Below are positions 32,297 to 43,703 of a stretch of DNA of 64,000 nucleotides, piece after piece. The position numbers and the translations under genes were made by a program. Source of the stretch: an uncultured cyanobacterium (lineage in GTDB: Bacteria > Cyanobacteriota > Cyanobacteriia > Cyanobacteriales > Nostocaceae); NCBI GenBank assembly GCA_963740315.1, contig CAVUDP010000001.1:448001-512000 (forward strand), read 5' to 3'. Position 1 is the first letter of the stretch. Every line of letters starts with the position of its first letter. A model generated the notes under the pieces. The model had not been told where the DNA came from. It ran no database searches and saw only the letters and a list, made by a program, of their open reading frames with translations.

Positions 32297-35119
32297 ATGT
32301 TTATAGGTATAGAAAAGTTACTTAAAGTAAAATCATCATTTATGAATCACAAACATCGCGCTTTTGCTGTATTTTTAACTGTATTTTTGATTTCGGATGT
32401 GGGAACTGCATATGCTGGGCGAGATTTGGAAGTCATTGCTCAACAGGGAGAAACGCGATCGGATGCAACCGAGGCTGAAGCAAAAAAGTTAACACAAGAA
32501 GCATTGCAATTATTTAAGCAAGGAAGTAAGGAATCATTGCTAGCAGCGAGAAAGAAATTTGAAGCAGCGCTGGTTTTGTGGGAGAAATTGGAGGATAAGC
32601 AATCGCAAGCTGGTACTCTTTCTGGTATTGGTCGAATCTACTCGGATTTAGGAGAAAAGCAAAAAGCGCTGCAATACTACAACCAAGCTTTACCTATATT
32701 TCGTGCGGTAGAAAAAAGAAATGGAGAAGCCACTACCCTTAATAATATTGGTAAAGTTTACTCGGATTTAGGAGAAAAGCAGAAGGCACTACAATACTAT
32801 AACCAAGCTTTACCATTGAGACGTGCGGTGGAAGACAGGGGTGGAGAAGCCACTACTCTTAATAATATTGGTAAAGTTTACTCGGATTTAGGAGAAAAGC
32901 AGAAGGCACTACAATACTATAACCAAGCTTTACCTTTATACCGTGAGGTTGGAGACAGGGATGGAGAAGCCACTACCCTCGGTAATATTGGTGGAGTCTA
33001 CGACGATTTAGGAGAAAATCAGAAGGCACTACAATACTACAACCAAGCTTTACCTTTATTTCGTGCGGTAGAAAACAGAAATGGAGAAGCCACTACCCTC
33101 GGTAATATTGGTGGAGTCTACGACGATTTAGGAGAAAATCAGAAGGCACTACAATACTACAACCAAGCTTTACCTTTATTTAGTGCGGTAGGAAACAGAA
33201 ATGGAGAAGCCATTACCCTCAATAATATTGGTTTTGCCTACGACTTTTTAGGAGAAAACCAAAAAGCACTGCAATACTACAACCAAGCTTTAGCTATATT
33301 ACGTGCAGTAGGCGACAGGGGTAAAGAAGCTGAAAGCCTAGGAAATCTTGCAAAACTTGAACACGAACAAGGCAATTTACAAGCATCGCTCAAACATATC
33401 GAAAGCGCGATCGCAATTATCGAAGAGTTACGCGGTACCTACACTAACCAAGACTTAAAAACCACCTACTTCTCTACAGTCCAAGGCTACTACAAATTTT
33501 ACATCGACCTGTTGATGGAACAACACAAGAAAAACCCATCACAAGGATACGATGCTTTAGCAATAAACATCTCAGAACGTTCCCGCGCTCGTGGTTTAAT
33601 CGAATTATTAGCTCAAGCTAACGCTAAACTCAGCAAAAATGTTGACCCCAAATTCATTGCACAAGAAAAAGAATTACAGCTTAAGCGTCAAGCTCAAGAA
33701 AAAATTCTGGTTCAATTAATTAATCAAGATCAACCACCCAAAGATAGTATTCAAAAAACCGAAACCGAAATTCAAAATATCATCAACCAGCAAAAACAAC
33801 TTAAAGCTTTAATCCGCGCTCAAAATCCAGAACGAGATAAATTAACTAATCCCGAACCGCTAAAATTACCTGAAATTCAACAGCAGTTAGATAAAGATAC
33901 CGTATTACTGCAATATTCCCTGGGTAATGAACGCAGTTATTTATGGTTAGTCACACCAACTTCTCTTACTAGCTACGAACTACCCAAAGGTGAAGAAATT
34001 GAAAAAATCGCCAGTAGATTCCACAGTGGATTAGCAACAAATACTTTACCGATTGATTCAGCCCAAAAACTGAGCGAAGTTATTCTTAAACCCGTAAAAG
34101 ATAAGTTGGCTGGAAAAAGATTAGTCATCGTTGCTGATGGTGTGTTGCAACAGATTCCTTTTGCTGCATTACATGACCTAACCTACCAACCCCAAAGTAA
34201 TAAAAAATATTCAAAACAAAATCAAAAAGATTCTTCTTGTACAAACAGTGGTGGTCTTCGTATTTGTCAAGATAATAACACCCCAAACGAAAAAAATGAT
34301 TATCAACCACTATTCGTTAATCATGAAATTGTTAATTTACCTTCAGCATCAACGATTGCAATCCAGCGGGAAAAAATTGCCGATCGCAAAATTGCACCAA
34401 AAAAAATCGCTATCCTCGCAGATCCGGTATACAATTCCGACGACGAACGAGTTACGAGTAAAGCACAAACTCTTTCTCCCGAACTTGAATTAGAACGTTC
34501 CGCTCTCAAACGTTCCGCGAAAAGTCTTAACCGTAATGGTTGGATACCTTTACCAAATACAAAAATAGAAGCCCAAGAAATCCTAAAACTTGTTCCCTCT
34601 ACCGACACTCTACAAGCATTTAGCTTTGATGCTAACTATAACTGGGCAACAAGTAAAAATCTCAATCAATACCAAATTTTACACTTTGCTACCCACGGTT
34701 TCGTTAATCCCGACCAACCGGAATTATCAGGAATTGTTTTATCATTAGTCAATAAAGATGGTCAACAAATACCGGGTTATTTACGTTTAGCAGATTTATT
34801 TGAACAAGATTATCCAGCAGAATTAATTGTTTTAAGTGCTTGCGAAACTGGGCTTGGTAAAGATGTCAGTGGTGAAGGTATAGTCGGCTTGACAAGAGGC
34901 TTGATGTATGCAGGTGCGGCAAGAGTCGCTTTGTCGTTGTGGCAGGTTGACGATAAAGGTACATCGGTATTGATGCAAGAGTTTTACAAACAAATGTTGC
35001 AGGAAAATCTAACTCCCACCCAAGCATTACGAGCTGCACAGCGCAAATTATGGTCTAATCCAGAATGGAGAAGTCCTTACTATTGGGCTGCTTTTACTTT
35101 ACAAGGTGAGTGGAAATAG
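32297..35119 (+). CDS. TPR plus CHAT (caspase HetF-associated) domain protein
   Basis: 40-aa TPR repeats; SERSRAR; CHAT dyad ILHFATHG and VLSACETG; terminal PYYWAAFTLQG. Start may be 32342. Confidence 0.93.
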   Translation: MFIGIEKLLKVKSSFMNHKHRAFAVFLTVFLISDVGTAYAGRDLEVIAQQGETRSDATEAEAKKLTQEALQLFKQGSKESLLAARKKFEAALVLWEKLEDKQSQAGTLSGIGRIYSDLGEKQKALQYYNQALPIFRAVEKRNGEATTLNNIGKVYSDLGEKQKALQYYNQALPLRRAVEDRGGEATTLNNIGKVYSDLGEKQKALQYYNQALPLYREVGDRDGEATTLGNIGGVYDDLGENQKALQYYNQALPLFRAVENRNGEATTLGNIGGVYDDLGENQKALQYYNQALPLFSAVGNRNGEAITLNNIGFAYDFLGENQKALQYYNQALAILRAVGDRGKEAESLGNLAKLEHEQGNLQASLKHIESAIAIIEELRGTYTNQDLKTTYFSTVQGYYKFYIDLLMEQHKKNPSQGYDALAINISERSRARGLIELLAQANAKLSKNVDPKFIAQEKELQLKRQAQEKILVQLINQDQPPKDSIQKTETEIQNIINQQKQLKALIRAQNPERDKLTNPEPLKLPEIQQQLDKDTVLLQYSLGNERSYLWLVTPTSLTSYELPKGEEIEKIASRFHSGLATNTLPIDSAQKLSEVILKPVKDKLAGKRLVIVADGVLQQIPFAALHDLTYQPQSNKKYSKQNQKDSSCTNSGGLRICQDNNTPNEKNDYQPLFVNHEIVNLPSASTIAIQREKIADRKIAPKKIAILADPVYNSDDERVTSKAQTLSPELELERSALKRSAKSLNRNGWIPLPNTKIEAQEILKLVPSTDTLQAFSFDANYNWATSKNLNQYQILHFATHGFVNPDQPELSGIVLSLVNKDGQQIPGYLRLADLFEQDYPAELIVLSACETGLGKDVSGEGIVGLTRGLMYAGAARVALSLWQVDDKGTSVLMQEFYKQMLQENLTPTQALRAAQRKLWSNPEWRSPYYWAAFTLQGEWK
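32600..33330 (+). repeat. 120-nt tandem coding repeats (about 6 TPR units)
   Basis: ttaggagaaaa recurs every 120 nt near 32648, 32768, 32888, 33008, 33128 and 33248. Confidence 0.92.
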
Positions 35120-35298
35120 GACATTGTTTTCGCGATTTATTTTGTAGCCCTATTTAAATGTCGGGAGACGTAAAATTTTACGTCTCTACAACTACTCAGC
35201 AATAACTTCTTGATTAAAAATCGTTTTTAGCCGATCGTTAGACATCTGGACATTTAGACAATTTATTTTTTAACCGTCTGTCTACAATTCCCCATCCC

Positions 35299-35634
35299 CT
35301 AAACCTCTTGCTTATCCTTTGTCGTCAACTGCTTAATAACCAACTGTACCGCTAAAGCTAACAAACCAACTCCAACTATTCCAAAAATTCCGGTACCTAA
35401 AGCAACTACCCCTACAACCAATGTTCTCACCGCTGAGGAAATACTTACCACCATCGGATTATCCGAGGTAACTGGTTTATTTGCAAAAGTCGTTGCGATC
35501 GAAACCATTAACTTGTACATCGCAAACCCCAATCCTCCACACATTGTTGCTCCGATTATGCAACGTAAGGGAGTTGGTTGATTTTCTTCTTGCTCGGTTG
35601 TTTCGGTTTGTTTAGTTAAGTTTTCTTCTGTCAT
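35299..35634 (-). CDS. DUF3082-like membrane protein
   Basis: TPLRCIIGA, ISSAVRTLVVG; position downstream of ispE-rsmA. Confidence 0.78.
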   Translation of the reverse strand: MTEENLTKQTETTEQEENQPTPLRCIIGATMCGGLGFAMYKLMVSIATTFANKPVTSDNPMVVSISSAVRTLVVGVVALGTGIFGIVGVGLLALAVQLVIKQLTTKDKQEV

Positions 35635-35708
35635 GATTTTTTTAGTTTCTTGAGTAAGGATTTAATAGTTTGAATAAATAAAAATTTGCCGTAATCCACT
35701 AATAACAG

Positions 35709-35777
35709 ATGGTGCGTTAGACGTATTCAAATTTTATATTTTGTTCCCTATATATTCATGCGTCTAACACACCCTAC
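35709..35777. repeat. GTAG-type REP palindrome (reverse orientation)
   Basis: atggtgcgttagacg...cgtctaacacaccctac. Confidence 0.75.
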
Positions 35778-35824
35778 AATAAACTACTATTTGAACACCC
35801 CTCTCCTTGATAAGGTGAGGTTTC

Positions 35825-36769
35825 TTATGATATTACCTGAATCCCATTTGTGATCAATCGGGTAACGAATAATTCTAAATCTGGATCTGGAATCTCTTTT
35901 CTCAAATTCAACTTTACTTCTTCTGCTTTCTCTTTAGATTCGCATAAAGCAAATACACTTGGGCCACTTCCCGACATCATGGTTCCTAAAATGTCATATT
36001 TCGCAAAGCTTTCTTTCAACTGCAATACTTGGGGATATTCTGGTAATACTACCTTTTCTAGATCGTTACGCATTTTCTGGGCGATTTCTTTCACATCTTG
36101 ACGCAAAATTGCTTTAACTATTTCTCCCGAATGTACCGTACTCGCACGCGCTGCTAAACTTTCTGTATCTTTAACATAACTATCGCCAAATTCGGAGCGA
36201 TAGGCATTGTAAGCCCAAGGTGTGGAAACTGATAAACTACGATGCTTCGCCAATACTATATATATGTCTCCTAAATCCGATAAAGAGGAAACTACTTCAC
36301 CTCGACGAGTTGCGATCGCGGTTCCTCCTCCAATACAAAATGCTATATCAGAACCAATTTTCGCTGCTAATTCTTCTAATTCTAATTTAGTTAATCCTAA
36401 TTTCCATAATAAATCCATACCTACTAATACTGCTGCTGCGTCTGTTGAGCCTCCTGCTAAACCGGCTGCTACAGGAATGCGTTTGTGAAGGGTTATATCT
36501 ACACCCCCATAAGTCGCAAAACTATCGGGAAATTCGCTAACCATCAAATCTGCTGCACGATAAGCTAAGTTACTTTTATCTACGGGAACCTGCTTATTAT
36601 CGCATCGTAACCGAATCAATTCTATACCGTTTGCTTCTAAGTCGATTTGGTCTGCAAGCTCTATACTTTGCAGTATCATTGCTAACTCATGATACCCATC
36701 AGCGCGATCGCCAATGATTTCCAAATATAAGTTAATTTTGGCTGGAGCAATTAAGGTGTAGCTACGCAT
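35825..36769 (-). CDS. ispE: 4-diphosphocytidyl-2-C-methyl-D-erythritol kinase
   Basis: APAKINLYL, GYHEL, KRIPVAAGLAGGSTDAAA, NDLE, MSGSGPSVF. Confidence 0.96.
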   Translation of the reverse strand: MRSYTLIAPAKINLYLEIIGDRADGYHELAMILQSIELADQIDLEANGIELIRLRCDNKQVPVDKSNLAYRAADLMVSEFPDSFATYGGVDITLHKRIPVAAGLAGGSTDAAAVLVGMDLLWKLGLTKLELEELAAKIGSDIAFCIGGGTAIATRRGEVVSSLSDLGDIYIVLAKHRSLSVSTPWAYNAYRSEFGDSYVKDTESLAARASTVHSGEIVKAILRQDVKEIAQKMRNDLEKVVLPEYPQVLQLKESFAKYDILGTMMSGSGPSVFALCESKEKAEEVKLNLRKEIPDPDLELFVTRLITNGIQVIS

Positions 36770-37580
36770 CTTGATTTTCTAATTCATTGGCTAAGTTTAC
36801 CCACTGCTGTACGCTCAATTCTTCGGCGCGAGCTTGGGGGTTGACGCTTAACTTTTCCAATAATTGTGTCAGATTCTCGCGCTCTACTAGCGATTGCAAA
36901 TTATTTCGTAACATTTTACGTTTTGCGCTAAATCCCAATTTAACTAAGTTTTCCAATCTTCGGGGATTCTTCGCTACTACTTCCCTCTCTGGCGGTATTA
37001 ACCTGATGACAGCAGAATCAACTTTTGGTGGGGGATAAAATGCCTTTGCTGGTACGTTACAAATCATCTCGCAATCTGCTAGATATTGTACTCTTACCGA
37101 TAAGGCTCCAAATGCTGTTCTTCCGGGTTTGGCAACAATCCTTTCTGCGACTTCTTTCTGTACTAATAATACGATTGAATCATAAGGCTGGGGGTTTGGA
37201 TTACCAATCTTACCTAACAGCTTTTCGATAATAGGTCCCGTTATATTATAAGGAATATTCGCTACTACTTTATTTTGATTTTGGAATTGAGGAAAATCTT
37301 TAACTAAAGCTGGTAAATCCACACTCAAAAAGTCTTCATTCAACAATAAAAAATTTTCCTTCTCACCCAACTTCTGAACTAATAACTTACATAAATCGCT
37401 GTCAATTTCCACAGCTAATAAAGATTGTACTTTCTCTAAAATCTGCCTTGTTAATACTCCTTTTCCCGGACCAATTTCTAAAACTTTGTCTGTATCTTTT
37501 AATTCTGCTGCTGCAATAATGCTATTCAAAGCCTTGTCACTCTGTAACCAATGCTGAGCAAGGGACTTGCGCGGTTTCAT
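36762..37580 (-). CDS. rsmA: 16S rRNA adenine dimethyltransferase RsmA (KsgA)
   Basis: PRKSLAQHWL, VLEIGPGKG, VANIPYNIT, QKEVAERI, FYPPPKVDSAV. Confidence 0.96.
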   Translation of the reverse strand: MKPRKSLAQHWLQSDKALNSIIAAAELKDTDKVLEIGPGKGVLTRQILEKVQSLLAVEIDSDLCKLLVQKLGEKENFLLLNEDFLSVDLPALVKDFPQFQNQNKVVANIPYNITGPIIEKLLGKIGNPNPQPYDSIVLLVQKEVAERIVAKPGRTAFGALSVRVQYLADCEMICNVPAKAFYPPPKVDSAVIRLIPPEREVVAKNPRRLENLVKLGFSAKRKMLRNNLQSLVERENLTQLLEKLSVNPQARAEELSVQQWVNLANELENQDA

Positions 37581-37781
37581 TCTCTATATCTCCCTTTCTT
37601 CATGGATTTATTGATATCGTTTAAAACCCTTTTCTTACTTTTATCTTACTTTTCATAGTTACTTTTATAGTAATTCAGTACTAATGAAGTCATGATTCGA
37701 CATATTACTCTTGTTTGACGAGCAATAAACTAATCGCAAAAGTAAAACTAATGTACTATCGAGTTAGTTGAGAAAAAGCGT

Positions 37782-40700
37782 TTAATTACAGCGATTATTA
37801 TTAGTTTGATTAACGGGAATTTCAATGATAAATTCAGTTCCTTCTCCTGGGGTAGAAAACAATGATAAATTGCCACCATGTTTATTTACCACAATTTGAT
37901 AGCTAATAGATAGACCTAATCCGGTACCTTTTCCAACTTCTTTTGTGGTGAAGAAGGGGTCAAATAGTTTAGATTGAATATGGAGAGGTATTCCGGAACC
38001 GTTATCGGAAAGATGAATTGCGACTCGGTTATTTTCGAGGAGTTTGGTGTGAATTTGGATTTGAGGGGTAGTAAGAGATTTTTGTGATTCTAAGGCATCG
38101 ATCGCATTAGCAAGAATGTTCATCAGCACCTGATTTAGCTGACTGGGGAAACAATCAACTGGGGGGAGAGGAGCGTAATTTTTAACGATTTCGATTTCGG
38201 GGAAGTTGGGTTTTGCTTTGAGACGATTTTGGAGAATCATCAAGGTAGAATCAATGCCTTCGTGGATATCTACGGGTTTAAATTCAGCTTCATCAAGACG
38301 GGAAAAGTTGCGTAAAGATAAAACAATTTCTCGGATGCGTTGGGTACCTTGTTTCATGGAATTGAGCATCTTAATGAAATCTTCTTTGAGGAATTCTAAT
38401 TCAACAGCTTCTATTTCCTCTTGGATATTTTCGGGGGGATTGGGGTAATGCTGTTGGTAAAGTTCGAGTAATCCAAGTACATCTTGAGCGTATTGAGTTG
38501 CGGGAGTTATATTACCGTGGATAAAGTTGACGGGATTATTGATTTCGTGAGCAACACCCGCTACCATTTGCCCCAAAGAAGACATTTTTTCACTTTGAAT
38601 AAGTTGAGCTTGGGTAGTTTTGAGCTCGTGTAGGATTCACCGTAATTCGATTTCAGCTAATTTACGTTCGGTGATATCTGTAGCAACACCAAGAAATTGC
38701 GTTACTTTACCATTTTGATTGCGAGTGAAGACGGTATCTCGACTATAAAGCCAGCGATATTTACCATCAACTTGTTTGACTCGATATTCCGACTCATTAA
38801 TTTCACCATCTTCAGAAGCAGCAATTTTTTGGAAACCAGATGCTACTTTTTCTAAATCTTCTGGATGAATAATTTTTTGAAACAGATTGTTTCCCATCTC
38901 TTGAATTTCTTGGGAAGAATAACCGAGAATTGCAGCGATTTCGTGATTAGCGTAAATATTTTGTTGTTTTTCTAAATCGTAAATATAGATAGTGTTGGGG
39001 GAGGAATCGGTAATTCGTTGAATAAAATGCTGTGTCGCTTGAATTTCCGCTTCAGCTTTTTTGCGTTCGGTGATATCGCGGACGTTCGCCAAAATGATAT
39101 CTTGAGAATTAAGCGTAACTTTGCGTAAAAAGACTTCTACATCAAATATATAATTGTCATGTGGTCGTTTTGCTTTCCACTCGAATAACTGGCGATTACC
39201 TTCGGTAGAGCTTCGCTTAACGCCATTAACAACCTTTTCCCAGATTAATGGTAATTCCTCAACGGGGTTATCGGGACTAGAAAAATCAACCGGAATCGAC
39301 ATTTGAGTAACTTCGTCACGATTTACTCCATACATTAGGAGCATTTGCTCGTTGACATCTATAATATTTCCATCAAGGTCGTGAATAATTATCGCATCGC
39401 ACACGCTATCTAATAGAGTTCTCAGGTTTTTTTCCGAAGAGCGAACAACTTCTTCTACTTGTTTTCGTTCGGTAATCTCAAAAGTCGTTCCTACCAAGCG
39501 GTAAATTCTACCATCAACATTTTTGAGAGGATTTAAAGTTGTTAACCACCAGGTTGGGGTACCATCAAAATTTAAGCACTCTTCGTAAGTAATTATTGTT
39601 TTTAGTTCTACACACTCGATGAACTTTTGCTGTACTTGTTCTCCTAAAATATTTCCAAACACTTCAAATGGTTTTTTACCCGTTACTTTCTGACTCAAAA
39701 AACCAATAGCACGTTCGCAAGCAGGATTACAACCAGCGAAACGAAGAACACCATCTTCTAGAACATCAACAACAAAGATAGCATGTTCCGAACCATCGTA
39801 AACGCTGCGTAAAAATTGTTCTTGTTCTCGCGATTGAGCTTCTACTAACTTACGTTCGGTAATATCAATTGTGCAACCGTCTGAGAAAATCGTACCATCA
39901 GCTTGTTGCTGTAATCGAGAAAATCCTTGCAACCATTTTTCTTTCCCCGAAGGAGTAATTATGCGCCATTCGTATTCCCAATTTTTTAAAGTTGGAATAC
40001 AATCAGCCATCGATTGATAAAAACCAACAACATCCGAAGTGTGTGTCATATTTGTGAGAATATTTGGGTTTCGACGAATTTGTTCGGCTTCCACCTCAAA
40101 AAGTTCGCGACAACCATCAGAAACATAAGAAAAGCGGACATCACCATGCGGGTTAAGTTGGTATTGATAGAGCATACCCGGAACATTCGCAGCAAGACGC
40201 TTTAGCCTTGTTTCAGTTTCCGCTAAAGTATTAGTTCTTTCCTTAACTCGAAGTTCTAAATCTCGATTTAATTGTTTCAACTCACATTCAGATTCATGTG
40301 TGGCGATCGCACCACCCAAATTGATCGCAAAAGCTTGTAAAATAGATTTTTGAGCCTCCGACCATTGACGTAAAGTTGTATAATCTTCAAAGCCAATAAA
40401 ACCCCACCATTTACCTTTTACTTGAATGGGGATAACAAATATCGAACGACTACCTTGAATTTGAGATTGATCTTCTATCGTAATAATAGATTCACCTTCA
40501 GAAAGACGTTCGTACCATAAAGGTGAAAAGTCGTTATAAGAAAGATTTTGTAACAAAGGATAATCTAGTTCGGAATTTATTCCATCTTTTACCCATTCCC
40601 AGCGTTGACTCAAAAATAATTCTTGGGTTAACTTGTCAGAAGAATTTTCAAAAATATATATCCGATCCGATTCTGTAGCTTTACCCAACTCAGCTAAAGC

Positions 40701-41300
40701 AGCATTAATAGAAGTATCGTAATCTTGAGTAGTCAACAAGCAACTGGTAGCATTCTTCATCCCATCAAGCAAAGCTTCCCGTCGCTGCAAATCCTCCATC
40801 GCTAAAACACGCTGACTAATATCAATTACACAACCATCCCAAACAACATTACCACCTGGTTGAACTACAGGTTGAGAAACCCCATACACCCACTTTTGCT
40901 TACCACTTGGAGTAATAATTCGCCATTCCGACTCCCATTTTTGCAAAGTTTGAGCCGATATATTAATAGTTTCCTGTAACCGGGGAAAATCATCATCGTG
41001 AATCAACTCAAACAGCAACTGAGGATTTTGCTTCACCTCTTCCGGCTCCAACTCGTAGAATTCCCAACATCTAGAAGAAACGTAAGGGAAAGACATAGTA
41101 CCATCCTTACCGAGTTGGAACTTGTAAATCATCCCCGGAACATTATCAGCAGCATAGCGAAACTCAATCTCCTGCTGACATAGCTTCTCCTCCAAATCGG
41201 AAACCCTTTCCCGAAGCTTCACCAACTCATCTTTCAAAGACTCATAAATACGAGTATCAATAGTAATGAGATTGTTTCCCATAGTCTCATCAACCGTCAC
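37782..41300 (-). pseudogene. Multi-PAS/GAF sensor histidine kinase split by one in-frame TGA (38637-38639)
   Basis: The two ORFs share a frame: ...[48 protein letters not shown]. Upstream part has PAS/PAC and GAF domains; downstream part has HisKA and HATPase. Confidence 0.85.
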
Positions 41301-41569
41301 AGCGGCTTATTTTATATAAAATTCATACTTATAGTTCCCAAAAAACACCTCCTTTACAACATCTTCTTTGTCTAAATTTTAGGGAGTAGGGAGTGGAGAA
41401 TAGGGAACAGGGAACAGAAAAAATAATATAAAAGAAATATTATTTCAAAATAGCTCTTAAAAGATTATTTAACGTCTCCTAGTCTCAAATTCCTCATACG
41501 TATTTCTCCTCTTCCTTATTACCTCCGCTTACTCCGCGTCTCTGCCATTTATAAATTCAAAAAATAAGC

Positions 41570-41896
41570 AAAAACTGTAGGGTGTGTGACGCTTTGAGAA
41601 ATATTGTACGTAGCGATAAGACTTGTAGCCTCACGCACCATCGTGATTTTAATAAAATTAGAATAATTAAAATTAGCTCTTTTTGCATTTGACAAGATTA
41701 TAAAAACTGTAGGGTATGTGACGCTTTTAGAAATATTGTACGTAGCGATAAGACTTGTAGCGTCACGCACCATCGTGATTTTAATAAAATTAGAATGATT
41801 AAAATTAGCTCTTTTTCCATCAAGATAATTGGTGCGTTAGACCAATTAAAATTATTTATTTTCTTATGATAAAGTCGTGCGTCTAACACACCCTAC
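41570..41896. repeat. REPIN-like element with a 132-bp tandem duplication of its left arm
   Basis: gtagggtRtgtgacgct...tcacgcaccatcgtgattttaataaaattagaat at 41577 and 41709, closed by ggtgcgttagac...gtctaacacaccctac (41831-41896). Confidence 0.88.
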
Positions 41897-42032
41897 AAAA
41901 ATTTTATTTATTTTAACTCCTAATACCGTTTCTGTATAAAGATGCGCCGAATTTAGCCTACGCAGGTAGGCTTTGTTTGGGTAGCCCCACTCTTCTAGAG
42001 TGAGGGCGATTTAGCGCAGCCTCATACTTTTC

Positions 42033-43499
42033 TCAATTCAACAATTCCCCTAACCGATGCTTAACTAAAATCCCCTTCAAAGACTCATTTTCTGCCTTCA
42101 AACTTAAATTTTCTGCTTCCAACTCCTTAATCCTTTCCCTTAAAGCTTCCTTACTAGTTCCATTTCGATGAATAACCACCTCTTGATAAATCTGTAAATT
42201 AGTATCCTCACTCATCCATCGCTGATAAGTCTTCGTATGCTCCTGTACCGTATGTCCCATATAATCAGCCATTGTCTTAATTGGCACTTGCAACCGATGT
42301 CCCCGAATTGCAAAAGCATGACGTAAATCGTAAGGCTTAAAACCGATACCAATATTCCTAAACTTAATATGAATTAACGCCGTTTTGTTACTCAAACTTC
42401 CCCCAGCTTGCGGAAATTTAATATTCTTTAAATCAAATAATTCTATCCAGTGAGGATACAAAGGAGGAATCCCACAACTTCTTTCACCAGTCTTTGTTCC
42501 TTCAGTCAAACTGGGATTTAAATAAACTAGATGAAACTTATTATTTGCATCGGTAAAAGCTTCTAAATCAATAGCAAACAACTCATGAGGTCTTAAACCA
42601 TAAGTAGCCAACATACCATATAACCATTGCCACTGTTCCGGTTTAGTTACATCCTTACTAGCATGACTTGATAACGCTTCTCCAACAGTAGAAAAACCAT
42701 TTACAACCTCTTCATCGGTAGGGATTTTACGTAGAGTAGGTTGCGGTAAAGGAGTTGCATAAGAATCAATAACCTTACTACCATCAAACTCGCAAAATTG
42801 ACAAAACTTCTTTAACTGCCAAGCCAAATAAAATCTAGAATTACTAAATGGTCTAGTATTCTTCAAAGCAGATTCCAAAGCATCCTCAGTTAAATGTTTA
42901 TCTTGAGGTAACTTTTTTAAATGTCGTAAATAATGACTTTCCCAAGTTTTGATACCCTGCCTATTCTTCTCGTGAGTCTTCCAAAACTCCTCTTTATAAT
43001 CTTCAATTAATTCCCCAATTGTTTGTACCGGACTTTCATCTCTATTAGGTATTAACTTCTGAGCTTGTTTACCTAATAACGATTGAGTCCATTGAAACTG
43101 CTTCGTCATCAACAACAAATCCAAATTCCTAGCTTTTGCGATCGCAGCTTTTAAACCCACATCGTTAGCCGCAAAACCTAACGAAATGGTATACTGTTTA
43201 TTAGAACCGTTATTCTTACCAATATCTCCAGATTTACAGGGAAAAGTACCTTGCAAAGCAATAGTTTTGCCATTAGTTAATTTAAGTTTAACTTTTACTC
43301 TATCTAAACTTAAAGCCAAATTAGCTTGTATAACGCTATATTTTATTCGCAAATACTCGCGCTCAAACTTAACAAACTCATCCTTCGCTGACAGTTTAGC
43401 TTTCCACAGCTTCCATTGAGAAGGTTCCCATTTATCTATAGGTGTACCTTCCCATTCAGCTTGACGTAGATTGTAAGTACCAGATTGGTTATTAGACAT
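42033..43499 (-). CDS. XisA/XisC-like tyrosine site-specific recombinase
   Basis: WLYGMLATYGLRPHELF (Arg), TKTGER (Lys), PYDLRHAFA (Tyr-x-x-Arg), MGHTVQEHTKTY (His, Tyr); N-terminal IALQGTFP...QYTISLG...GLKAA; C-terminal coiled coil. Confidence 0.87.
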   Translation of the reverse strand: MSNNQSGTYNLRQAEWEGTPIDKWEPSQWKLWKAKLSAKDEFVKFEREYLRIKYSVIQANLALSLDRVKVKLKLTNGKTIALQGTFPCKSGDIGKNNGSNKQYTISLGFAANDVGLKAAIAKARNLDLLLMTKQFQWTQSLLGKQAQKLIPNRDESPVQTIGELIEDYKEEFWKTHEKNRQGIKTWESHYLRHLKKLPQDKHLTEDALESALKNTRPFSNSRFYLAWQLKKFCQFCEFDGSKVIDSYATPLPQPTLRKIPTDEEVVNGFSTVGEALSSHASKDVTKPEQWQWLYGMLATYGLRPHELFAIDLEAFTDANNKFHLVYLNPSLTEGTKTGERSCGIPPLYPHWIELFDLKNIKFPQAGGSLSNKTALIHIKFRNIGIGFKPYDLRHAFAIRGHRLQVPIKTMADYMGHTVQEHTKTYQRWMSEDTNLQIYQEVVIHRNGTSKEALRERIKELEAENLSLKAENESLKGILVKHRLGELLN

Positions 43500-43703
43500 C
43501 GCTATTAAACTATCTCTTACTCAAGACAACGAAATAAAAGTTGAAAACTCTTGATAAATCTAAATAAAACAGACATTTTTAATTTATATATTAAGCAAAT
43601 AAAGCGAGATTAAAATTGCTACTTATAAATATTTAAAAAACTTGCCATATCAGTTATAAATTGATACGGAACAAACATAAGCAATACTGAAGTTAGTAAA
43701 AAA

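Noticed and set aside
38637..38639. Selenocysteine recoding of the kinase TGA
   Set aside because: The position is a coiled-coil linker rather than a Cys-equivalent site, and no SECIS-like hairpin is evident downstream.
41549..41889. Short ORFs of 74 and 63 aa, plus 44542-44730 and 52497-52863
   Set aside because: They are translations of REP or STRR repeat DNA.
41570..41896. CRISPR array
   Set aside because: Only two long units with near-identical interiors and no unique spacers; REP-type hairpins; no cas genes.
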